64,000 nucleotides of DNA from Ophelia neglecta (taxonomy: Eukaryota): assembly GCA_965285935.1 (NCBI GenBank), contig OZ260667.1, forward strand, positions 26,102,001 to 26,166,000, written 5' to 3'. Below the pieces are notes generated by a model. It saw nothing but the letters and a program-made list of their open reading frames with translations. It searched no databases and had not been told where the DNA came from. The position numbers were made by a program, and so were the translations under genes. Of this stretch, positions 14,155 through 24,300 are shown piece after piece (the stretch's first letter is position 1; the number at the start of each line of letters is the position of its first letter).

Positions 14155-15043
14155 CTATCCGTAATAATTTGTACGTCGTATGGTCAGGGAGCCAGTCACC
14201 TGCAGAAATATAAACAGAACTATCATTATAGATCCTATTATAAGTGCTACCAGTGAGCAGCGGAATGCTGTTTTCGAGCTGTTCTGCGCAGCATCAAATT
14301 GCCCACGGCCATTTTGGTCGTTAGTGCGCACCGCGTAGATGATCGCAGCGATACCTATCGGCCAGCAGCAGCAAATACAGGTGAAAATGGCAAACCCAAG
14401 GTAGCTGTTGGCCGGGTTGCCGGTTGTCTTGTCGGTAACAACTACAACCTGTTGCTGTGGTTGTCCAGGATAGGGCTGCTCTTGTGGTTGTCCAGGGTAG
14501 AACTGCTGTTGTGGTTGTCCAGGGTAGACCTGCTGTTGTGGTTGGCCCGGGTAAGGCTGCGGTTGTGGTTGTCCTGGATAGGGCGGCTGTTGTGGTTGTC
14601 CTGGATAGGGCGGCTGTTGTGGTTGTACCGGGTAGAACTGCTGTTGTGGTTGTCCTGGATAGGGCGGCTGTTGTGGTTGTACCGGGTAGAACTGCTGTTG
14701 TGGCTGTCCTGGATAAGGCTGCTGTTGTGGTGGATTGGTGTAAGCCTGACCAGCTGAGAATATAAGAAATGGGTATAACCGTAAATCAAGGAAGCATTTA
14801 ATTTTAAAAAAACTCTGATGATGTTTAATCTGTTTTTTTAACATCGAGAACAACTACACGACGGATTTTTCCAGAGACCTAACCACGCGCTCCGGAGAGA
14901 TTTTGTTCTTTTTATAAAATATGTGTTTACGTTCAGTTCATCCTCGTAAAGTGCAGCAACTAAGCGCTATTATTGTATTGATTATCATAAAGTGTCTAAT
15001 CAGTTTTACCGAAATATGAAGGAGGTGGTTGTTTTTCATCCAT
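14155..15043 (-). CDS. CD225/dispanin family protein (IFITM/PRRT1-like) with Pro/Gln/Tyr-rich N-terminus, about 210 aa
   Basis: Coding exon 15043-15010 (MDEKQPPPSYF, donor G|gtaaaa) splices in phase 1 to 14753-14155 (acceptor ttctcag|). CD225 domain: PANSYLGFAIFTCICCCWPIGIAAIIYAVRT...G.FDAAQNSSKTAFRCSLVALIIG plus a C-terminal TM. An acceptor just upstream of the ATG (exon starts at 15051) implies a non-coding first exon. Confidence 0.92.
14455..14730 (-). repeat. Coding 27-bp tandem repeat, ten units encoding PQQxxYP(G/V)Q
   Basis: Units: PQQQPYPGQ, PQQQFYPVQ, PQQPPYPGQ, PQQQFYPVQ, PQQPPYPGQ, PQQPPYPGQ, PQPQPYPGQ, PQQQVYPGQ, PQQQFYPGQ, PQEQPYPGQ. A 54-bp two-unit block is duplicated (about 14587-14694). 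Confidence 0.95.
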
Positions 15044-16149
15044 TTCAGCAACTGAAATTGAAGAAGAGAGGTTAAGTAACCAGTAATAATAAGTGATATG
15101 TCATTCATGATAGCTTTTTTGTTGTTTAAACTATTGGTTATGAAAATTAAACTCCTTAATTTAATATTCCCGTCATTTTCCCGGATTGAGATTATTGTCA
15201 AAGAATGCTGTGGGATTGTTCTACTCTTTTGAAAACAAATATATAAAAATCTCTGGGGGAATTGCGGTTTAAATAATTTAGCAAAAATTAAGGTTAAAAA
15301 TCTCATAAAAACTGAGAATTTCTTTTCTTAGAATTATTGTATTTAAGAGATACAATAGCAAGAATCCTCAGGTATACTTTTGAAAAAAAATCCGATCTAT
15401 TTGGAGGGAAAAGTAGAAAATTCAACTTTATAAATAAAAACATCAAAAACGTTAAAATAATATTCAATTGAGTTGAAAAAATAAGTGATGGTATCTTTGG
15501 AAGTAATTGTGTGCTATCACGTTTCTCATAACAATGACACAATATTCCGATGCATACTTAGTAGAGCGATTTATGAAGATTAGGGGTAAAGTTAACACAG
15601 TTAGAAGCTTATGTTTTTTCCATTTTATATAATCCATATACCCAATCATTTATTCTGTCTATAACAAACATAATTTAATTATTTCAATGCATTAATTTAC
15701 ATTGATTTTTACGATACACACTGCAAATGCGTGTCACATGATTTCCTGCTAGTAACCAAAAACAATTTTTTTTAAATTTCACGCCACACATTTCGTTCTG
15801 GTGCAATTGTGGTATGGCTCCCTCTTGGCATTCAGTTTAAACCTTGTGCAGACCTCTAGTAATCTATTATTGGTAAAACGGTGAGCACTTCTTTCATCCT
15901 GAAATACGACTGATATCATATTGGAAGAAATCATATTTCTATCAAATTTCAGTACCAAGATAAAGTAACAAAATTGTGTAAAGCGCTGTCTGTGATAGGG
16001 TTTTATGGCACGAGAAAGCGGATAGAACATGCATCGTTTCCATTGGAGGAATGCTAATCTTCATAAATATATTATTATAATTAAAGCCGTCACTTTCCTA
16101 TACATGCAGTTTATTACTTTAGCCTTTGCTCAATTCAATATTTAATTTC

Positions 16150-18340
16150 ACAAACAAAATATATCCTTGATGCAGTTTTATCAATCTTATTAGTCCGAAA
16201 CATTGCATTTGTATTGATTTGATACTTTCGACTTGTCTCTTGAGTGAAATGGCGGTATAATTACTATCCTTGAATACAACAGATATTATTTTGGGAGACT
16301 AGAAAAACAGTTTTTATCCTATTTTATGATCTAGATATTATAACACCTATTAACTGTAAGCCGCAGTGATATGCATTTATGGAACGAGTAAGCTGATACA
16401 ACATGCTTCGTTTTCTTATTTATTTGCATAGATTATATTATATATCTTACTTACTATGCACAAATTGATATTTGATTTCTTGGGCAATATATATTTTTGA
16501 TGCAGTTCTATCAATATGAATAGTTTGGAACATTGTCTTGGTATCGATTTTGTGTTTTTAGACTAGTCTTTAGGTTTATTCTGAGTGAAATGCCAGTCTA
16601 ACTTTAAATGCCTTTAATATGAATTTATGGCATGAAGAAGCTGATTATACATGCCCCGTTTTCTTTGGATGAATCCTTCTTTGCCTAAATTTAAAATGAA
16701 TTCACATGCAAATTCTGATTATATCATATTTCGGCACCTACACATGGTAACATATTTAAATGGCATGTGTATGACATTCAGGCCGGATAAAGCTAACGCT
16801 TTATTCACTGTTCTTGAACATTCATTATTTGCATTAATGCAATATGGCCGTCATCGCCCTTGAAATTACTTTTCGTGCATCATTGCACGCATCGGAATTT
16901 GCGTTAAATTACAAACCACTATTAAATAAAACAGGCATAGTATCCAAACAAATATTATTCAAACATAAGTATTATTCAAACATAAGTATAGTGTCAATGT
17001 AGTTTTTCTAGACTTTCATTTCGATTTATTTTCGGAAGATTACTCATAGAACAATTACAAACAAGCTTTAAAGTAAAAATAAAAAAACAAATGCCACACA
17101 TAGCAACTTTAGATAAATAACTTTATCATCTGTTTCAACGTCCATTGGGTGTTATCATACGTTAATTGAAAAATTCCCCTAAGTCAAATATTTTCAAAAA
17201 AATCCTTGCATCGCAAAGGAATAGACGAATTTCAACTTCAATAAGTGGCACTCTATTGGTTCATGCCCAAACTGTGAAAAACATAACTTTGTATAATACA
17301 CATAATGAGTATGTTTGATAATATTGGCTGCCATTGTGAAATTACACAAAACAATAAACAAAAACCCCACGTTGTAATATGTTGAGCTACATTTCGTATA
17401 CTTAAGATACTTTTTTCATGTGATTTTTAAATGATCGATACCAAATATAAAACATGCAGAAATGCCAAATATGGTAAATCAAATGCAAAATTGCGGCAAT
17501 ATTGAATTTTGCATATATATTGCTTCGAACAATAAGGCGAGGGCAGTTTTATTTCAACTTCCTCGTGTCCTAAAACCGCATTACTGCTTTTAAAGATTCA
17601 AGGGATTCAAGTTGCTTTTATAATAGTTAAGATTGATGAAAAGGATTTGTGTTTTTTAACAAAATGGTTGCCATTTGCAATTTATGCAAATCAGCCAATG
17701 AAAACTAGGCATGCTGACCAAAATTCTTTCAGCAAACACTATTTAACGTATAGCCCTTTATTGATCAATTATCCTGTATATCGGCTGAAATAGTGCAAAA
17801 CCATTTTGTTGTTTTTCCATATAAAATCAGTCGCACCCAAGGATCTTCGATTGATTATCATTTCAACCAAAATAGAGAATAGTGTAAGGTTTCAAGTTAA
17901 TGCTAAGACACTTTTCTTTATCAATCCTGTTGATATAACTGCTTCAATAATATAATTTGTGTGAAAAAATAAAAACAAATTTGATTATATAAGCAAAAAA
18001 AAAAGCAAAAAATCTCATATTAAGGAAAATTGCGGCAAAGCCATATCAAGTTTTTGTTTCCTCATCTAATTGTTTAGCCTTTTAATATGGGTGGTACTTT
18101 AAGATGATAGATTGATTACAATTTCAGCAACAAAAGACTTAGAGACTAGTATAAAGTCTCAAACTGATTCTAATGCACTGTTCCTTATTAATCTGACCGG
18201 TAGAACTGCTTCAAAAATATATTCATGGCGAAATTGAATATTAATGAGCATGGGCAAAGGAGGTATATTGCGTTTATAGAAAAATGAGACCATATTAGAT
18301 TTATGCAATATTTAACCAATGAAAACGAGGCAAGTTGTCG
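16150..18340. repeat. Block of diverged ~110-bp direct and inverted repeats, probable DNA-transposon subterminal region
   Basis: 16161-16260 and 16491-16600 are direct copies (TGATGCAGTT..ATCAAT...GAGTGAAATG). 18121-18235 and 17861-17965 are inverted copies. 17661-17720 and 18281-18340 share AAAATG...ATTTATGCAA...CCAATGAAAAC.AGGCA. Confidence 0.6.
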
Positions 18341-20049
18341 CAGCTTTTTAGTTCCAGAACCGATGTCACCACCATGTATAGTGGATTATAGCCTTATCTA
18401 GATGCTGAAATATGATCAAAATGTTTTAATAAGTCTCCTAACCTGATAATATCAATTATATTCTAGGATGGTAAATTGAGCCCAATTTCACCAATAATAT
18501 GAAAATTGTGATACCACATGCGAAGTTACCACTGATACAAAGCCATCATGCATTTTCCAACTTTAGGGGTGTATGTGCCTTAACCAAAATCATTCCTGGC
18601 GTCAGATGGTACCGGAGGCCAAAATTTTGGGTTCTGGCTTTTGAACTATGCCTATCTCCTTTGTAAAACAAATTATAACTCTGTATTTGTTCAAATTCAC
18701 AACAAATGAATACTCACGCTCTATTCCTTGGTGACTCATCCCTCCAAGCGGGCCAGTGTGAAGACTGCTGTATTGCGCTGTTGTCCTGTTCTTGAGCTAG
18801 CTTGCCAGAATGGCCTTAACTAGGTCAACCAAGTGCCTGTAGGATGGTGTGCAGACAAAGTACTAGACATTATGCGGGCAACTAGCATTTGGAAATCAAT
18901 AGTTATGCCTTTATATGGAATCAGACTTGTCGGAGACGACATCACTAAGCCTAGTTCAGAATCTCGTCTAGCAGAGGGCAACACTTCAGTGTTCACTGCG
19001 GCATTAACCAAGGTTAATATTGTGATATTGCAGCGTTTGCCTGCTCATTGCAAACCAAGTAGGTTTTTAGACCAGTGTATAGATTACATGTATTTGGAAG
19101 GCCCTTTAATACATTGATCATTCCTGAATGTTTTTCGGTCAGTACAACCGGTGAGAATAGGCCAGTTCAACAAATAACCCCTCTTAAATCGTAGAAAACA
19201 TCATGCTTGACCAAGCAGAACAGCATCCGAGCCAGGTCCCCAAGGCCCATTCTCAAACAAATCCCTAATAAGCGTTTATAATACGAACAGTTTATTTCGA
19301 ATTTCTACTTTCTATCTATAAACAACACACATATTTTCATTTATTTTGATAAATCGGCAAATTACACAGATTTTAAGGATTTAAATGCTTTGCTATGCTG
19401 GGGATCAGCGATAATCGAGACTTCGACCTTATGCAGTTCTGTATACTGAAGAACCTTTTGCTTATTAAAGTGCATTTAATCAAAAAGTAACAGAATATTC
19501 TTCGCATCTCACATCTGTTTTACAACAGGTACATCTATCGGAATACAATTTTTGCCGGCGTAGGCCTACATCTTAACGATTACCCCCGCAAGGTTATTTG
19601 CAATTATAGTTACCAAGTATCGTTCTCAAAGAATAGACACCATGTAGCAAGTACATCAACCACTCCCAATAACTACTCCAAACATCTGGCTAATAAGACT
19701 TACACATTGAACGGAATAAATACTTTATACTACTGATCGCCGACTAGTACTTACGTTAGAATGCCATTAGTAGTATTGGCCTAATAATCACCATTGTAGA
19801 TATTAGCATTCCGTACTTCCGGTTATTCGAGCACAATCCCCAATATAAATGTTACTGCGCATGCAAAAAATGTGTTTCACGCTCTGAGCAAACATTTTAT
19901 TTAAAGATAATCGGCAACAAAAAATCTTTTGATCTGTCTCACCAACACAATTTGTCAGAGTGAATCAAAAAACAAACAATTGTTTTTCAATATTTTTATC
20001 CTCCCTTCATCCAAATGTCTAATGGTGCACCCCTTTTCGCAATTTTCCA

Positions 20050-21050
20050 CAATTCTTCTTTGTCTATCTAAATTTGAGAGTCTTTAAATCAATATAGACT
20101 CTACAAGGGCATATTTCATCTCTGTCCTGGGTTGACCATTGATGCGCGTGAGTCTATGGCTGTTGAATTGAAGTGAATTATCTTTTGTCTGCCGGGTACC
20201 CACTCCCGTATCGCATGGTGAATTATCAAATAGACTATCGCTGTATCATGTAAAAGTAATAAAACCAATCAATTAAAGTATTCTGAACTAAGGTTATCTC
20301 TAAGCAACACGGGAAAGACTACTTGCCAGTCAGGGGTACTATTATGGGTTGACCAGTGGTGTGAATAAAGGGAAGAATTGGCACTGTTTGTAACTTTGTC
20401 ACTATAATGCCAGGTGATAAATACGAATATTGGGGCATTTGGCAATAATAAGCGCAATAAAAAGAATAATTCCATTTTTTGTAGGCTAGGACTAAAGATC
20501 CTATGTTCTTTGTGTTTGCGCAGGAATAAGCACGAGCCGATACACAGTAACTTTATTCCTTCAGTTAAAGTTAATATTTATTTGTTATAGGATTACTGGT
20601 GCCGACTTTGTTGATTAGGAACATTTTATATTCCCACGTATTTGTGGATCCTTGATAATCATTAACATACATGATCATACAAAACCAAGGAGAAAAGTCA
20701 CATAGTCTTATAAACATCCGAGCATACAACATACACTGTTACACTATAACCGTATCAGCTACACATACAGGCATACTATCAATATAATACTGGCCTCCCT
20801 AATACGTGTTCTAGACTTGATCAGCTGCGCTGGTCTTATTCAACTATTATCCTCACAACACAGAATTCCTACACACCGATAATCCATTTGCCACTGGAGA
20901 ATACTCCATATTTGTTCTTGGTGATTCACACATAGAATAAATCCACATGAAACATCTTTGACCTAATGATTATAAACATTCTTCTTTGACTAAAATCACT
21001 TCGTCGAAGATAAACAGTATTCAAATGGTTAACCCAGCGTAGAGTTTTGA
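20050..21050 (-). mobile_element. Highly degenerate LINE RT relic (copy B, longest copy of the old family)
   Basis: Homologous to 10400-11140. Minus-strand eroded motifs occur in RT order: NKYGVF (like QYGF), VVRIIVE*...ADQV (like DxxKAFD), EWV...NSLQFNS (like W..N.L.FN..K), INGQP..EMKYA..VYID (like KYLGV.ID). Confidence 0.55.
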
Positions 21051-21399
21051 TATATTGTTTTTTTATGTGAATAGACTCAAGTCAGGAATGAACAATGGTG
21101 TGTGCACATATTCTTGTTTTAGAGTGAAATCCGAGACATAACCGTGTGCAAAACCATTTGATATATTTTCAGACTTTAGTCTCATTTCACAGGTCTCTTT
21201 TTTTCGAACCACTGGCTTGGATTCTGCTATCCAGCGCGGAGAAAGTGGTTGAAGTATTTAAAGTGCACGAGTATTTACATGTAGTTTGACTACACGAAAA
21301 ATACAGAGATAATAGTAATATAATTGAAGTACCAAGTAGAACGAACCATTTACTCAGTAGGACCTAAATATTTTAGATAACATATATCTATATATTTCC

Positions 21400-24300
21400 T
21401 CACGTGAACACGGGCGAATAACTAGTCCACACATATGTAAACATCAAGAACAGCATTGTATATATGAGCGAGGCGGTGTGTCTAGCAGAGGTGTTAAGGG
21501 AATGCGATTCTTGAGGGTCCTTAGAGTCTTTGTTGGCCTTCTGTTGGGAGCCGTCTGCTCTAGTCACTGTCTCGTCTGGCTCGAGCGAGATCCTATAATA
21601 TGTGTCCTCATCCTTAAAATCATATTCCTCCATGTCCTCTTCCGGTGGTCGTGGCTCCTGGGTAGCGAAAAACCAATTTATGTTTCTGTTGTCTTGCATA
21701 GGGACTGGAGTAGATTTGGTTGTTGGCTTTGATGGCTCTTTATGCTTACCGCGGGCGGAAGGCGTCCATGCTGTAGGGAAAGATGGGCGCTCTGTAAAAC
21801 TACTTGGGGTGGCTCTCATAGTCCTATATCCTCTATCTCTGTCGTCAGTTGGCATGATAACGTCATAGGTGACTTGAGTGTTTGCGTCCCATGGTGAATA
21901 TCTTGTGCGTGGACGATAGGTTGTGTAAATGACAGTAGTTGTACTGGTTGATTGAGTAGTTGTGGAAGGGGTGGTGAGAGGCAATGTTGTGATTTTAGAA
22001 ATTGCGGTAGATGGTTTTGAGATGGAAGTAGAGGATGTAATTACTGTGCTCGTACTTGATACGGTAGTAGTGGTCGCAGGTGCTCTAGTTGATTTCGTTG
22101 TTGTAGTAGTTTTGGTTGTGCCTAATGGAATTGGAATATTTGTCGTTGGTCTTTGGTTGTCATTCACCCCCGGGCGACCATGGACCTGTGTCCTACGGGT
22201 GGTTGACCGTGCTTCGTATGGGGATGTGATAAATATCCTATCTGATTCGAAGTTAGGACCTCCCATGGGAAAAACGTCAGAGATATTATTACCAAAGCTT
22301 CCGAAGGCACCAACGGGACCTTCTTCCCCACACAGGTCGATGTTCCACCATTTGTGGAAAAGCCTCTGTAGCTCTCCTTGTTGTTGTAGAGTGATAAGAG
22401 CTCGGTCAAACTCTGCCACCAGTGAATTGCCTTGCTTGAAAGCAAAGGAATAGTGTGTGATAGAGAGAAATTGGTCCAAAGATATGAGGTCACATGGTGG
22501 TTGTGAGGCTATGAACGCTGAGTCGGTCGACTCCACAATAAGTGCGAAGTTCTGGTCCCGGACTCTACGAAGCCCATTCTCCATGTTCGACACGATGTTA
22601 CTTCTGTCTTGTCGTATTCTTGACCACACATCTTTGTAAAGGGGCAACTTGGATTTCTTCAGGATCTTCTCTACTCGACTATGGCGTATCACACCAATAT
22701 TTACCTGAAGACGTACATATATAAACATATACAGAAAGGCAATATCACGTACTCATTTTTTCACTCTTCTACTAATATTAAACATTGTGCATATTTAGCA
22801 GTATATCGTCGAAAAAAGGAAAATTATCAGACAGATGACTACAATTTGCTTGTAGCGGTTTTCTCTTTGACCAAAATGATTCAGATCCTTTAGATAAAAA
22901 CATAACAGAATGAGAGAACATAATCTGTTCACCGATGTTTGGTTAAGTACATCTTCTAGGAAGAAGATTTCCAGCCCATCCTCGCTTTCAGGGGATTTCA
23001 TGATCAGAGAGAAGGTGGAGTGAAGGAATGGCTTGGAGAAATCCAAGATACGCTCCTTTTTAGCATCCACTGTGAAAGGTGCAGCCCCTACATCAGCTCC
23101 CTGGCGATAATTTCTTATACATTAAAATCAATAAACACTGGAAGTATATAGAATGTTTGGCATGCAAACTTCATTTCTTCAAGATATCCAAACAAATGTT
23201 AATAAGTTTTAAAGGAGTCTAACCGACTTAAAAAATTAAAACTATTATTTTCATTTTTGATATGTTTACGGGCCATATGATGTTCTTTTGTAATCCAACG
23301 TTTATAATCATGTAGTATATTGATTTATCACGCGACAGCATACTGGGTGTATGATCTCCTATAGGGGTCTTACTGATTTGCGGTAAACGGGCCATATGAT
23401 GTTCATGTAGTCTAACTTTAATATGAACGTTGTCGTACACTCTCAGCAAATAATGTTTAATTTTCTTATTCATTACAATATAGGTATGCCGAGTATAAAG
23501 CTGGATTATTATTACAATATCATTTGAAAATCCTCTAAAGCAATGGATTTGGACACCCTACCCGAGTCAAGATGTCTCCTATCATTCCGGACCATCTAAG
23601 TGCGCCTTTTTCACGTGACCTCTTTCCAAATGTTCGCTTGAGTCGCCACTGGTAGTCAAAGGGCACTAGTTGAGACATGAGGCTTACAAGATCAACAATG
23701 TAACCCTCAAAGGCTCCTTGCGGATTTCCCTCAGTCGCCCTCATAACGTATGGCGGTTTCAGTATCGTTGTCATAACTAAATTAATTGGTGGCACGGTCG
23801 ACGAGGATGCTAAAATTAATAAGGATAAAACATTAACATGGAATGTCCGAGGAAAGCAATATCATCAAATATGTTAATGTGATAAATCGGTTTCCAAATG
23901 AGTAATACGGCGATCAAGCCCACGGCTTGAGAAAAAAAAGTCATGGCCAAAATGTCTGAGCAGAAAAGACTGAAATGTTTAGTTTTCCTATGCGTTACAA
24001 CCTCCTGGTCATAAGAATCAATGAAAACACAACCTTGAATGGCGATTTCCGGCTGCAGCTGATGTGACAATTCGGGCTGTTTGCTCATACCCTCTGCGCA
24101 AGTGCCATTCCAAAATTTGCTCCTGAGCTGTTGCCAACGTCTCCTGTTAGCCATGACCGTAGTTATCCACTGATCGAATAGTGGCAGCCAGACACTGTTA
24201 TTCTGAAACCCCATGGCGTAGTATTGTCCTACATCAAAAGTGGAAGTAGTTATTAGGTCGCAGGGTTCGTCTTTTATGTAATAGTCTGCGCTCTCTTTCT

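Noticed and set aside
14455-14730. CRISPR-like array
   Set aside because: Head-to-tail coding repeats with no unique spacers, in a eukaryotic exon.
14299-14789. Overlapping ORFs 14299-14757(+), 14457-14765(+) and 14442-14789(-)
   Set aside because: Shadow frames produced by the stop-free 27-bp coding repeat.
16954-16988. 17-bp tandem duplication (also the 10-bp duplication near 29440 and poly-C/TA microsatellites)
   Set aside because: Ordinary slippage products with no further structure.
21478-22453. Plus-strand Val-rich ORFs such as 21962-22453
   Set aside because: Antisense of the Thr-rich stalk codons.
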